Shown one piece after another: positions 1-9,766 of a stretch of DNA of 64,000 nt. Position numbers and translations under genes: made by a program. How positions within the stretch are numbered: position 1 is the stretch's first letter; the number at the start of each line of letters is the position of its first letter. This stretch comes from Gammaproteobacteria bacterium (lineage in GTDB: Bacteria; Pseudomonadota; Gammaproteobacteria; JAJFKG01): NCBI GenBank assembly GCA_021773335.1, contig JAJFKG010000051.1, forward strand, positions 133,985-197,984. The letters are read 5' to 3'. The notes beneath the pieces were generated by a model, which ran no database searches, was not told the DNA's origin, and saw nothing but the letters and a program-made list of their open reading frames with translations.

Positions 1-32
1 AAGGTTTGCGTAGCGAACTATATACAATCCGC

Positions 33-326
33 ATGAATTACATTGCGGCCTGTGTGTTGCTAGTGAGTACGTTCGTGGCTTATTTGGGTTGGAAGTGGCT
101 TTATGATTTGGTCCCATTAATGTTGGTGCCATTTTTTGCTGCCGGTATTAGCTTAGTTCACAATATTGTTTCAAAAAGTAAAATGTGGTTATTTTTACTG
201 ATTGTTTTTTATGGCGGCTTAATAATTTTGTCCCCTTATTCTCTAGGGGTATTATTAGTAGCCGCATTGGTTGATAGTTTTTTCGATTTGCGTCGTCGTT
301 ACGGCGTAATACCAAGAGGGGTTTGA
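33..326 (+). CDS. small hypothetical membrane protein (2-3 TM helices) upstream of rplI
   Basis: ORF track 6..326 begins with TTG. The first ATG is at 33 (MNYIAAC...). Hydrophobic stretches are consistent with TM helices. No recognisable family. Confidence 0.4.
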   Translation: MNYIAACVLLVSTFVAYLGWKWLYDLVPLMLVPFFAAGISLVHNIVSKSKMWLFLLIVFYGGLIILSPYSLGVLLVAALVDSFFDLRRRYGVIPRGV

Positions 327-327
327 G

Positions 328-783
328 ATGGACGTAATCTTATTAGAAAATATTCATAATGTAGGTAAGTTAGGCGACCAAGTTGCAGTTAAGCCTGGGT
401 TTGCACGTAATTTTTTGTTGCCGCAAGGTAAAGCAGTCAATGCAACGCCTGAGAATGTTAAAAAGTTTGAAGCGCGTCGCGCTGAGTTAGAAAAAGCGGC
501 TGCGGAACTTTTACACGCTGCACAAAAACGTGCAGATGAAATTGCTAAAGTGGTGTTGAAAATTCCTGCACAAGCTGGTGAAGAAGGTAAGTTGTTTGGT
601 TCAATCGGTACGCGTGATTTAGCTGAAGCGATTACGGCTGCAGGTGCTGCGGTTGAAAAGAGTGAAGTCTTATTACCAGAAGGTCCGCTGCGTCGCTTAG
701 GTGAGTACGATATCGCGTTGCAAGTGCATAGCGATATTACCACGACGGTTAAGGTACACATTGTTTCTGACGAAGAAGCTTAA
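328..783 (+). CDS. rplI: 50S ribosomal protein L9
   Basis: 151 aa. The N-terminus [36 protein letters not shown] is typical of L9. Sits immediately upstream of dnaB as in many gammaproteobacteria. Confidence 0.9.
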   Translation: MDVILLENIHNVGKLGDQVAVKPGFARNFLLPQGKAVNATPENVKKFEARRAELEKAAAELLHAAQKRADEIAKVVLKIPAQAGEEGKLFGSIGTRDLAEAITAAGAAVEKSEVLLPEGPLRRLGEYDIALQVHSDITTTVKVHIVSDEEA

Positions 784-809
784 TCACACCATACACATGG
801 AAGGTCATC

Positions 810-2213
810 ATGGCGGAAACACTGACAGCTAGCAATGCACCACGACAAACCAAAAGTGCCGCTGGTATTAAGGTTCCGCCACATTCTATCGAAGCCGAAC
901 AATCTCTATTAGGCGGAGTGATGATCGATCCACAGGCATGGGATCGTGTCTCCGACCGTGTGCAAGAGAGTGATTTCTATCGCGCTAATCATCGCACTAT
1001 TTTCCGTGCAATCACTAGTTTGGTTGCTAAAAACCGCCCACTAGATGTGTTAACGGTCTCCGATGCTCTGAAAGGCGTCGATGATTTAGATAATGCAGGG
1101 GGTGAAGTTTACCTCTTTGAGCTCGCCAAAAATATCCCGACTGCCGCCAATATTACTGCTTATGCTGATATCGTGCGTGAGCGTTCGATATTGCGACAAT
1201 TGATAGGGGTTGCTGGCGATATCAGTGAATTAGCATTCAATCCGCAAGGGCGTGAAGGCCATGAAGTCTTGGATGAAGCTGAACAAAAAGTCTTTGAAAT
1301 CGCTGAGCAAGGGCAGCGCAATGAGGGCCCGGTAGGGATCAAGTCCTTATTGACGAGCGCGATGGAGCGTATCGATACGTTGTATCATTCTGATGATCCA
1401 ATCACTGGTTTGCCGACAGGGTTTCGTGATTTTGATGAAATGACATCAGGTTTGCAAGCATCAGATTTGATTATTGTGGCCGGGCGTCCATCCATGGGTA
1501 AGACGGTTTTCGGGGTGAATATGGCTGAAAATGCGGCTATTCAAACCAACAAACCAGTTTTAATCTACAGTCTCGAAATGCCTGGCGATGCGATCGCGAT
1601 GCGGATGTTATCTTCACTGGGGCGCATCGATCAACACAAGTTACGCACCGGGAAATTACGCGATGAGGATTGGCCACGCTTGACTTCGGCATTGAGCCTA
1701 CTTGCTGACAAACATATCTATATCGATGATACACCGGGACTGACTCCAGGTGAAATGCGCTCCCGCGCGCGACGTTTGGCGCGTGAACATGGACAATTAG
1801 GCTTGATCGTTGTGGATTATCTACAATTAATGCGTGTGCCAGGCCACAGTGAAAATCGCGCTGTAGAAATTTCAGAAATTTCGCGCTCTTTGAAGATGCT
1901 TGCCAAAGAATTAAAAGTCCCTGTGATTGCCCTATCACAGTTAAATCGTAGCTTAGAGTCACGTACCGACCGCCGTCCGGTGATGTCAGATTTGCGTGAG
2001 TCTGGTGCGATCGAGCAAGATGCGGATGTGATTGCGTTTATCTATCGCGATGAAGTCTATAATGACGATACCCCCGATAAAGGCATTGCTGAAATTATTA
2101 TTGGTAAGCAACGTAATGGTCCAATCGGTAAAATACGTCTGGCGTTCTTTGGGCGTTATACGCGTTTTGATAATCTTTCGCGTGACGAAGGTTATGTGGG
2201 GATGGATGAATGA
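810..2213 (+). CDS. dnaB: replicative DNA helicase DnaB
   Basis: 467 aa. Near-collinear with E. coli DnaB: KVPPHSIEAEQSLLGG, Walker A GRPSMGKT, IIGKQRNGPIG, FDN. Confidence 0.95.
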   Translation: MAETLTASNAPRQTKSAAGIKVPPHSIEAEQSLLGGVMIDPQAWDRVSDRVQESDFYRANHRTIFRAITSLVAKNRPLDVLTVSDALKGVDDLDNAGGEVYLFELAKNIPTAANITAYADIVRERSILRQLIGVAGDISELAFNPQGREGHEVLDEAEQKVFEIAEQGQRNEGPVGIKSLLTSAMERIDTLYHSDDPITGLPTGFRDFDEMTSGLQASDLIIVAGRPSMGKTVFGVNMAENAAIQTNKPVLIYSLEMPGDAIAMRMLSSLGRIDQHKLRTGKLRDEDWPRLTSALSLLADKHIYIDDTPGLTPGEMRSRARRLAREHGQLGLIVVDYLQLMRVPGHSENRAVEISEISRSLKMLAKELKVPVIALSQLNRSLESRTDRRPVMSDLRESGAIEQDADVIAFIYRDEVYNDDTPDKGIAEIIIGKQRNGPIGKIRLAFFGRYTRFDNLSRDEGYVGMDE

Positions 2214-3292
2214 CCCGTCCTACACGTGCAACGCTTGATTTAAAAGCCCTAGTGCATAATGCCCAGCGTGTACGTGAATTTGCCCCCAACAGTAGACTCA
2301 TGGCGATGGTTAAAGCCAATGCCTACGGGCATGGAGCTGCGCCGATTTGCCAAACGTTACAAGCGTACTGTGATGGCTTTGGCGTGGCGTGTTTATCTGA
2401 AGCGATACAATTGCGTCAAACAGGTGTCACAAAACCGATTTTATTACTTGCGGGGTTTTTTTCACCACAAGACCTACAGTTGATTGCTGACAATGAATTA
2501 GAGCTTGTGATCCATCAGGCTCAACAAATAGACACTCTAGAAAAAACAAGTTTAGCTAAGCCATTACGTGTTTGGCTGAAAGTGGATACTGGCATGCACC
2601 GTTTAGGCTTTTCACCACAACAAGTACGGGATGCTTGGCAACGCCTACAAGCTTGCAGCAATATCCAAAACGACTTATGTTTGATGACGCATTTTTCTGA
2701 TGGTGGTGATCGCCAGGCAGTTAAAACTCAACAGCAATTAGAGACTTTTAAGGACGCAGTAGCAGAGCTAGGTGGTGAGCAGAGCTTAGCGCATTCAGCA
2801 GCAGTTATGAGCTTGCCTGCGAGTCATGGTGATTGGGTGCGTCCGGGCATTATGCTTTACGGCGTGTCGCCATTTAACGATAGCGTTGGTGAGCAAGAAG
2901 GCTTGCAACCCGTTATGACCTTGCATTCGCAATTGATGGCGATACATCAATTGCGCGCTGGTGATACGATTGGTTATGGTAGTACGTGGCAATGTCCCGA
3001 AGATATGGCGATTGGCGTCATCCCGGTTGGTTATGGTGATGGTTATCCTCGCCACGCCAAAGCCGGTACGCCAGTATTAATCAATGACCAGCGAGTGTCT
3101 TTGGTTGGACGCGTGTCTATGGATATGATCACGGTTGATCTGCGTCCACTGGCACAAGTTCAAGTCGGTGACCCCGTGGTTTTGTGGGGTAAGGGTTTGC
3201 CTGCCGAAGAGGTGGCAGCTCACGCTGATACTATCGCTTATGAATTATTCTGTCACGTCACCCAGCGAGTGGTATTTAATTACATTAAATAA
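2210..3292 (+). CDS. alr: alanine racemase
   Basis: 360 aa. PLP-lysine motif AMVKANAYGHG. Overlaps the dnaB stop by 4 bp. dnaB-alr adjacency matches E. coli. Confidence 0.9.
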   Translation: MTRPTRATLDLKALVHNAQRVREFAPNSRLMAMVKANAYGHGAAPICQTLQAYCDGFGVACLSEAIQLRQTGVTKPILLLAGFFSPQDLQLIADNELELVIHQAQQIDTLEKTSLAKPLRVWLKVDTGMHRLGFSPQQVRDAWQRLQACSNIQNDLCLMTHFSDGGDRQAVKTQQQLETFKDAVAELGGEQSLAHSAAVMSLPASHGDWVRPGIMLYGVSPFNDSVGEQEGLQPVMTLHSQLMAIHQLRAGDTIGYGSTWQCPEDMAIGVIPVGYGDGYPRHAKAGTPVLINDQRVSLVGRVSMDMITVDLRPLAQVQVGDPVVLWGKGLPAEEVAAHADTIAYELFCHVTQRVVFNYIK

Positions 3293-3298
3293 CGCCTT

Positions 3299-3799
3299 TT
3301 ATTGGCCTGGATTGCGATCAAGCTCTGCAGAGACTTCTTTTTTATAGCCGAATAAAAAACACACTTTTGCGATCAAGATGATCGGAATAGTAAGAATGTG
3401 AATAAAGTTTTGTTTCCAATTGGGGATACGGCCTTCGACGGCGTGACCTATTAACTGTAAAACGGCGCCAATGCCAAAAGTCACGAGAAAGATATACAAA
3501 CCGCGTAGAGTAGGGCCAGGTTCCGAAAAGAACCCCGCGAGTAAGGCGAGTAACACTAACAAGATAGCCATAATGCCTGCCAACTGCCAATCCAGCGTTA
3601 AGTAATAAGTTAACACGGCTGCGACAAGCAACCATGCCATGTTAAACCCAACGACATTAGGCACAGAGATAAAGACCCAGCTAAATGCCAAAAAGATCGC
3701 GAAGAATAATAATGGTACGCTGACAAAGTGGATATAACGTGCCAATGGTTTTCGATAGGTATGTTGGTAATCAATCATGTGTTTGGCGAGACGGCTCAT
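3299..3799 (-). CDS. DUF962/Mpo1-like small integral membrane protein
   Basis: 166 aa with 4 predicted TM segments. Size and pattern match the bacterial DUF962 (YGL010w-like) family. Family call from memory. Confidence 0.5.
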   Translation of the reverse strand: MSRLAKHMIDYQHTYRKPLARYIHFVSVPLLFFAIFLAFSWVFISVPNVVGFNMAWLLVAAVLTYYLTLDWQLAGIMAILLVLLALLAGFFSEPGPTLRGLYIFLVTFGIGAVLQLIGHAVEGRIPNWKQNFIHILTIPIILIAKVCFLFGYKKEVSAELDRNPGQ

Positions 3800-3820
3800 G
3801 AGGTATGTCCTTATATAATA

Positions 3821-4594
3821 TCAAGCAGTACCGCTAGGCACGGCGGGATATTGGTTTAAATGATAATGTTCAATCATCTTTTGAATAGTTTTCACATAGG
3901 CGTGACGGCGTTGTGAATAATGCTGTAAACCACCCGCCATAGCAATACCACTTAAGGGGCGTCCTTGGGTGCGCATCACCGCACGTACATTACGCAAATC
4001 ACGATACGCCTTGTGTGAATTCAGAATATGCATATAACTTTGAATGGATTGATCCGGTGTCGCAAAACGTCGCACCTCGAACGTTTGTCCTTTCTTGCGT
4101 TGTCTGGGGACAATACCACAGCCCGGTTTATAACACCATTGGCCAAAGTAATTATTGCCTTGCTTAGCAAAACGCGAGGTCCCCCAGCCTGATTCATTAG
4201 CCGCTTGTGCTAGCACCAGTGAAGTGGGCAGCACATCGACGCGTTTTAATAATTCATTCCATGTTTGAGCTTTATTAAAGTTTGGGTTATCCAAGTCATA
4301 GGACTTTGCTAATTTTGTTAGCCAAACGGTATTTTGGGTCGACAAATTTTCATCATCAAGAAATTCTTTGTGCAGACGTAATAACTGCTTACGCTGCTTC
4401 ATGACTTGTACATTGACTGCTTGAATGCGCGGGACTGCGAGTTTAATAAACTTTTGTTGCGCCGTTGTTAACTTAGGCGTTGACGACTTAGCATGGGTAG
4501 AGAAGCTAAATAAACACAAACTACTCACCACCAATACGGCGAGTAATGCACTCATGCATAAAGATACTGGATAAATTTTGTTTGCTTTAGTCAT
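3821..4594 (-). CDS. Bax-like mannosyl-glycoprotein endo-beta-N-acetylglucosaminidase (FlgJ C-terminal-type glucosaminidase domain) with signal peptide
   Basis: Glucosaminidase-domain motif LVLAQAANESGWGTSRFAKQGNNYFG. ATG at 4594 gives the signal peptide MTKANKIYPVSLCMSALLAVLVV. The longer ORF-track form starts with TTG. Confidence 0.7.
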   Translation of the reverse strand: MTKANKIYPVSLCMSALLAVLVVSSLCLFSFSTHAKSSTPKLTTAQQKFIKLAVPRIQAVNVQVMKQRKQLLRLHKEFLDDENLSTQNTVWLTKLAKSYDLDNPNFNKAQTWNELLKRVDVLPTSLVLAQAANESGWGTSRFAKQGNNYFGQWCYKPGCGIVPRQRKKGQTFEVRRFATPDQSIQSYMHILNSHKAYRDLRNVRAVMRTQGRPLSGIAMAGGLQHYSQRRHAYVKTIQKMIEHYHLNQYPAVPSGTA

Positions 4595-4858
4595 ATTTTT
4601 CCATCTCGGTTGTGGTGACAAAAATTTTTTTGTTGAAATGCAATTTTTTTGCCAATGGATTTTATCTTAAGTATTACTAGCTTAGGAAGAAAAATTCATT
4701 TCCGCCAGCGATAAAAAATTCATCTATGCATCAGGGGATCACAAATTTTCTGAATAAATTCAGATGCCTACTATACTTAACTTCAAGTGCAAAGAGAGTA
4801 TTTTACGAACGCCAATAAGCGTCTCGACCAAGAAATTAAAAATAAGAGGTTTAGAATC

Positions 4859-6475
4859 ATGGTAACAAAAGCAATAACAGATCGAGTAAGCCAAAAAGCA
4901 ACCGGGGCACGAGCCGCATTTAAAGCACAGTTACAAAAAGGCGCTAAGACTAGAGCTGAACAAACAAGGCCCTTTACTTTGGCGTTTACTGGCGGTCACG
5001 ACGAGCATGTCGGATCGGGTCACCCTATGGATACAGGTCCGCGTAGTCCTGCGAATATTAACCAATTTCCGGCTGGCTGTGATGCTGATGTAAAAAGTTT
5101 TAAAGGGGATGTGCATAGAACTGACACGAGAGTTTTAGATAAAGATGGTAAGGATTTAGTGGAAAAACCTGGCAAGGACGGTGAAATCCTTGATGAAAAA
5201 ACTGCACCCCAACAATCTGCCGACGCTATATTAAAAGCGCTAGAAACAAGCAAAGTTAATCCCTTGCTTAGATATTTTGTTGAAGGTTATGCTAGCCAAA
5301 AAGGTTTCGGCAGAATCTTTCAAGATGAAGCGATAGTTGCACACATGGCGCCACTACAGGTGCTTCCCGCCAATAAAGGTGCGAATCAATATACTTACCA
5401 GCTACTGGACAGTACTGAAGTGGCGAGGGAATATAGCGGTGCACAACAAGTCCTTGTATTTCAAGAACAGACAACGGCAATGTCATTAATGGATGTGAGT
5501 AGCCTTGGCGCGGAACCTACTAAAGCCCAGTCTGGTTATGCGTTTCGCGTCACAAATACACTGCATTTCTGTCTAGAGGAAGATGGCAGTATCACTACTC
5601 ACTTTAAAGGGGCGGCGATTACCAGTACAGATCCAGCTGCTAAAGAGATGCTGTATCAAGCCTTTGCTATGCGCGCTTATTCCAAAATCACTGATACCGG
5701 CGATTTGGAATTGGGATCACAGCTAGATGGCATTGACTTTAGAATGATAGCGATGAGTCTGGAGTTGCAAGCTGTGTTAAAGGCCATGAAGCCATTTGAA
5801 TTGGCTAAACTTATGTTTGATGGCACGCACGAAGCTGCACAATTTAGTTCAGAGCAAACACAGGTTTTGTTAAGTTTGGGTGTAGATATCAATCAGCTCA
5901 TGTCAGCGCGGCTTGCGTCACTTAACAAGGGTGAGATTGTTGAGTTTTTGTCTGAGTTATCAGACGATGCGTTCACGATGTTTTATGCAGGTGCACCACA
6001 AGCTAAACAGGCGGTGAATAATGCCAAAACTATTGATGTTTCAACGCTGACATCTGGCGCATTTAAGCGTACGGTTGAAGCTACTCAGGCGCATGAAAGA
6101 GAGCTGGGGGAATTAAAACCACCGCAATCACCCGATCCGATGGAGGCTGTACGAGCAGCTCCGGTTGAACCTGAAATAAGCTCAGTCGATCATTTTAGAG
6201 TGTTTACTGGGCCGAGTTTGGGCGGTGGATTCTATTATAAGGCGCCGCGTAGTGGTACTGAACGATCGATCTTGGCCGATGATGCAAACATGGGGCGAGC
6301 TACTCCAGTTAAGGCGGGGCGTAGTGGTAGCTGGTCACTATCAAGCTTATTTGGTTCTAGCAAAGCTCGTCGTAGCAGTGACGGAAACAGCACTAGCCGC
6401 ACTTCAACAAGTTGTGCTCAAGAGCATAAACCAGCTGACTTTGATTCGTCGTCGTTACCTGTTGCAAGTTGTTAG
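4859..6475 (+). CDS. orphan hypothetical protein (539 aa), no recognisable domain
   Basis: ATG at 4859 is preceded by AAGAGG. No TM segments or signal peptide. The stop codon (6473-6475) lies 4 nt before a REP/BIME-like element. Confidence 0.6.
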   Translation: MVTKAITDRVSQKATGARAAFKAQLQKGAKTRAEQTRPFTLAFTGGHDEHVGSGHPMDTGPRSPANINQFPAGCDADVKSFKGDVHRTDTRVLDKDGKDLVEKPGKDGEILDEKTAPQQSADAILKALETSKVNPLLRYFVEGYASQKGFGRIFQDEAIVAHMAPLQVLPANKGANQYTYQLLDSTEVAREYSGAQQVLVFQEQTTAMSLMDVSSLGAEPTKAQSGYAFRVTNTLHFCLEEDGSITTHFKGAAITSTDPAAKEMLYQAFAMRAYSKITDTGDLELGSQLDGIDFRMIAMSLELQAVLKAMKPFELAKLMFDGTHEAAQFSSEQTQVLLSLGVDINQLMSARLASLNKGEIVEFLSELSDDAFTMFYAGAPQAKQAVNNAKTIDVSTLTSGAFKRTVEATQAHERELGELKPPQSPDPMEAVRAAPVEPEISSVDHFRVFTGPSLGGGFYYKAPRSGTERSILADDANMGRATPVKAGRSGSWSLSSLFGSSKARRSSDGNSTSRTSTSCAQEHKPADFDSSSLPVASC

Positions 6476-6479
6476 AATT

Positions 6480-6708
6480 GTAGCCTACTGTCTCTGCGTC
6501 AAGCCCAGATGTAGCCCGGATAAGTTGCGCAGCAACGTCATCCGGGATCAGCCATCGCAAACACCCTCCCCGGATGACGCGCGTGCCGCGCTTATCCGGG
6601 CTACGGCTTACGTATACAAATGCTAATGTAGACTTGATGCGCATGCAAGCGTGCTTATCAAGGCTACACAAGGGCCAAATTGTCCTTGACTGCGAGACAG
6701 TGGGCTAC
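6480..6708. repeat. BIME/REP-like composite palindromic element (copy 1)
   Basis: About 25-bp terminal inverted repeats (gtagcctactgtctctgcgtcaag / cttgactgcgagacagtgggctac). They enclose two inverted REP units (gtagcccggataag..., ...cttatccgggctac) plus a second palindrome (cttgatgcgcatgcaagcgtgcttatcaaggctac). Related copies at 36.3, 37.3 and 41.2 kb. Confidence 0.75.
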
Positions 6709-6722
6709 AATGTTTATTCAAG

Positions 6723-7205
6723 CTACTGTGCTTCATGTTCCAACAACCACTCTTTAATTTGCAATGGCTTACCCGAAGTCTTGCCTGAAAATCCACCCAT
6801 ACCACTACTAGCGACAATGCGGTGACAAGGAATAATTAAAGGTACAGGATTTTGGCGACACGCATTACCGATGGCACGTGCACTGGTATTGAGCTGTTTG
6901 GCAAGTTGGCCGTAAGTTTTGACCTTGCCAGCGGGTATTTTTGTTAATGCTTTCCACACGCGTAATTGAAACGTGGTACCGGTGATTTCGGTGTCGATAT
7001 CAAAGGCTGTGTGTTGTTTATCGAAGTAAGCTTGTATTTTTTTGCACACACGTTTAACTGCCGGTGAGTTGGGAGCGTTAATTTTGTGTTGCTTAGCTAA
7101 AAAATCAATATGCGTAACCGCGTTATTTGCCTCATTAAGAATAATGCCAAGTTTGCCAATAGGGCTGTCGATAACTGCGTGGTAGTTACCAGCGTTTTTT
7201 TGCAT
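6723..7205 (-). CDS. ogt: methylated-DNA-protein-cysteine methyltransferase
   Basis: Active-site motif IPCHRIV. Start re-picked to ATG at 7205 (MQKNAGNYHAVIDSPIG), preceded by AAGGAG. The ORF-track start is a GTG inside a repeat hairpin. Confidence 0.85.
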   Translation of the reverse strand: MQKNAGNYHAVIDSPIGKLGIILNEANNAVTHIDFLAKQHKINAPNSPAVKRVCKKIQAYFDKQHTAFDIDTEITGTTFQLRVWKALTKIPAGKVKTYGQLAKQLNTSARAIGNACRQNPVPLIIPCHRIVASSGMGGFSGKTSGKPLQIKEWLLEHEAQ

Positions 7206-7236
7206 GGGGAGCTCCTTTTTGCCACAAAAAAGTAGA

Positions 7237-7352
7237 CTGGTCCCCACCCACCAGGGTGGGGACCTTAAACTTAAGGACGCGGTGTGTTCTAGAGAACACT
7301 GGTCCCCACCCTCAGGGTGGGGACCTTAAATTCAAGGACGCTGTGCGTCCTT
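7237..7352. repeat. tandem pair of hairpin repeats ctggtccccaccc..gggtggggaccttaaa plus a short terminal hairpin
   Basis: Two roughly 55-bp units. Each has a 12-bp stem (ggtccccaccc/gggtggggacc) followed by ttaaaNtNaaggacgc. Same family at 15515, 24172 and 37217. Confidence 0.6.
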
Positions 7353-7452
7353 ATTTTACTTTTCCTTGCGTTCCGCCGCTGGAGTGGTGAGACGAGGTGT
7401 CACTTTTCTCAAGGTCATAGCTTAGCTCATTCTTTAGCTTATTGTCCATTCA

Positions 7453-7480
7453 CAAAAAAGGCACCATAAGGTGCCTTTTG
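7453..7480 (-). terminator. rho-independent terminator of the rpsP-rimM-trmD-rplS operon
   Basis: Minus-strand hairpin aaaggcacc-ttat-ggtgccttt followed by TTTTTT, about 20 nt downstream of the rplS stop. Confidence 0.6.
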
Positions 7481-7500
7481 ATTTTCGCTGAAAGCCGCGT

Positions 7501-7896
7501 TTATGCCTTGGCTTTAGCTTTGCCTTTACCTTTGCCTTTTTTACTGCTGAAAGATAATTTTTCTTTAATACGCGCTGCCTTACCAGTGCGGCCACGCAAG
7601 TAGTACAGTTTCGCGCGACGTACTTTACCACGACGTTTAACTTCAATGCCGGCAGTCAACGGGCTGTAGGTTTGGAAGACACGCTCAACACCTTCGCCGT
7701 GAGAAATCTTACGTACGGTGAATGCCGAGTTTAAGCCACGGTTACGTTTAGCAATGACCACACCTTCAAAGGCCTGGATACGTTCACGATTCCCTTCTTT
7801 AACGCGCACGCTGACGACCACGGTATCACCGGGAGCAAATGCAGGGACGTCTTTGCTCATTTGCTCTGTGTTTAGTTGTGCTATTATGTCACTCAT
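7501..7896 (-). CDS. rplS: 50S ribosomal protein L19 with a C-terminal Lys/Gly/Ala-rich extension
   Basis: Collinear with E. coli L19 (…[13 protein letters not shown]…[13 protein letters not shown]…[14 protein letters not shown]…). Extra tail [13 protein letters not shown]. Confidence 0.9.
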   Translation of the reverse strand: MSDIIAQLNTEQMSKDVPAFAPGDTVVVSVRVKEGNRERIQAFEGVVIAKRNRGLNSAFTVRKISHGEGVERVFQTYSPLTAGIEVKRRGKVRRAKLYYLRGRTGKAARIKEKLSFSSKKGKGKGKAKAKA

Positions 7897-8051
7897 ATTC
7901 CTCTCCTAAAAAAATAACTTCGTCTTTTGGTTCAGCTCTGCGTTGCTAGATTATTTTTAGTCGGTCATTTACCTTAAGTAAACTCCCTCCTAAAAACAAT
8001 CTAGCGCCTTGTTCTGAGTCAAAATACTCGTTATTTTATATTTGCTTTGAC

Positions 8052-8795
8052 TCAGCTTCGTATTTCATGTTCGCGGATAAACTCCGCTAATAATTCTTGC
8101 TCTTCGTTACTCAAAGAGTGCTTGTCTAACAAGTCGGGGCGGCGTTGCCACGTACGTCCCAGTGCTTGTTTAAGGCGCCACCGGCGAATTGTCTCATGGT
8201 TACCTGTCAACAATTCGGCGGGAACCGCCATGCCATCAATTTCTTCTGGCCGCGTGTAATGCGGACAATCCAATAAGCCTTGCGCGAAAGAATCTTGCTG
8301 TGCCGATTCTTCGTGCCCTAAGGCACCTGGTAATAAACGCGTGATGGCATCAATCATCGTCATCACCGCCAATTCACCGCCGCTAATCACATAATCGCCT
8401 AGCGACCATTCTTCATCGATGTGACTTGTTATCAAGCGTTCATCGATACCCTCATAACGACCGGCGACAATAATCAAATTCTCACGCTGGGCCAATTCAC
8501 TTATGCCCGCTTGGTCTAAGGGTTTGCCTTGTGGCGACACATAGGCAACGCGTGTGCTGGGTGCGGCCTTTCGCTTAGCTGCGATAATCGTATCTCGCAG
8601 TGGTTGCACCATCATCACCATGCCAGGTCCACCACCGTAGGGGCGATCATCAACATTGCGATGTTTACTCGCGCTATAATCGCGTGGATTATAATAATCG
8701 AGCTGTAAAATACCTTGCTCGATAGCGCGCCCAGTAATGCTATGTTCTAAAGCGCTAAACATCTCCGGGAAGATGGTAATGATGCCAATGTTCAT
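8052..8795 (-). CDS. trmD: tRNA (guanine37-N1)-methyltransferase
   Basis: Start re-picked to [13 protein letters not shown] (E. coli MWIGIISLFPEMF). Motifs [13 protein letters not shown] and GRYEGIDER. 4-bp overlap with rimM. Confidence 0.9.
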   Translation of the reverse strand: MNIGIITIFPEMFSALEHSITGRAIEQGILQLDYYNPRDYSASKHRNVDDRPYGGGPGMVMMVQPLRDTIIAAKRKAAPSTRVAYVSPQGKPLDQAGISELAQRENLIIVAGRYEGIDERLITSHIDEEWSLGDYVISGGELAVMTMIDAITRLLPGALGHEESAQQDSFAQGLLDCPHYTRPEEIDGMAVPAELLTGNHETIRRWRLKQALGRTWQRRPDLLDKHSLSNEEQELLAEFIREHEIRS

Positions 8796-9310
8796 CCCAA
8801 GGCTTCCCAATTAACACGCATGACCTTGTTTTCAAGGTCGATATCTATCACCACTTCACCGGGCAAATAAGGCAGCATGTGTTGCTTTTTGCCTTCTTTG
8901 ACGATTAACACGTCGTTGGCGCCGGTTTCGATGAGGCGGTCGACGGTGCCAAGGGTCTTGCCCTGTTGGTCGATTACCGTCAACCCTTCTAAATCTGCCC
9001 AGTAATACTCGCCGGGGTCGAGACTCGCCAATTGCTCACGTTCGATACCGATGTGGGCGTTGGTCAATGTTTTTGCTATTTCACGGTCATCATAACCATT
9101 GAAATGGGCGATAAAGCCGTCACCGTGCTGTTTGATGTCGCTGACCTCGATGGCTTGCCAGCGCCCGGCGACTTCGATTTGCCAGGGGGAGTAAGTGACG
9201 ATGTTATCTTTGGGGTCAGTAAAAGAATGAATCTTGAGCCAACCTTTTACCCCGTAGGGCGCCCCAACCTTGCCAATGACAAGCGGGGCAGCGTTATCGC
9301 CACCAGCCAT
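8792..9310 (-). CDS. rimM: 16S rRNA processing protein RimM
   Basis: 172 aa. Motif [15 protein letters not shown]. Sits between rpsP and trmD. Confidence 0.85.
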   Translation of the reverse strand: MAGGDNAAPLVIGKVGAPYGVKGWLKIHSFTDPKDNIVTYSPWQIEVAGRWQAIEVSDIKQHGDGFIAHFNGYDDREIAKTLTNAHIGIEREQLASLDPGEYYWADLEGLTVIDQQGKTLGTVDRLIETGANDVLIVKEGKKQHMLPYLPGEVVIDIDLENKVMRVNWEALG

Positions 9311-9316
9311 ACGCAG

Positions 9317-9577
9317 CTATGCTGCTTGGCTTTGCGCCTTCTGCCATTCGCGCAGAATACGTTTTACGCGAGGAGAAGGTTGAGCGCCTAGGTCAATCCA
9401 ATGTTCAATACGTTCCATATTGAGGCGTACAGGTTCTTCACCGCCTGTCGCGATAGGATTGATAAAACCGAGTCGCTCGATATAACGACCGTCACGCTTG
9501 TTGCGTTTGTCGGTAGCTACAACGTGGTAAAAAGGGCGTTTTTTAGCGCCGCCACGGGTTAAACGAATCACAACCAT
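9317..9577 (-). CDS. rpsP: 30S ribosomal protein S16
   Basis: Start re-picked to ATG at 9577 ([17 protein letters not shown], matching E. coli [17 protein letters not shown]). Confidence 0.9.
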   Translation of the reverse strand: MVVIRLTRGGAKKRPFYHVVATDKRNKRDGRYIERLGFINPIATGGEEPVRLNMERIEHWIDLGAQPSPRVKRILREWQKAQSQAA

Positions 9578-9766
9578 TATAGAGGTCCTTATTTTGTCCA
9601 AAACTTATACATGCAAAGGGCGAGCATTTTATCTTATTTGGGGGTTGGGATCTAGTGGTTAAACTGCGGGTGGGTGCAGCAGCCTGGGGCTCTGCGTCCC
9701 ACCTCTTGGTGAGCTGGCCCCACCCCTCCTGGAGTGGGATCTTTAAGTGTGATCTGGCCTTTCTTT

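Noticed and set aside
354-761. 135-aa minus-strand ORF inside rplI
   Set aside because: Antisense to a strongly conserved ribosomal protein gene; no RBS or similarity. Spurious.
6225-6825. Several 60-130-aa ORFs on both strands across the 6.4-6.8 kb REP/BIME element
   Set aside because: They run through palindromic repeat DNA and the antisense of ogt. No coding signal.
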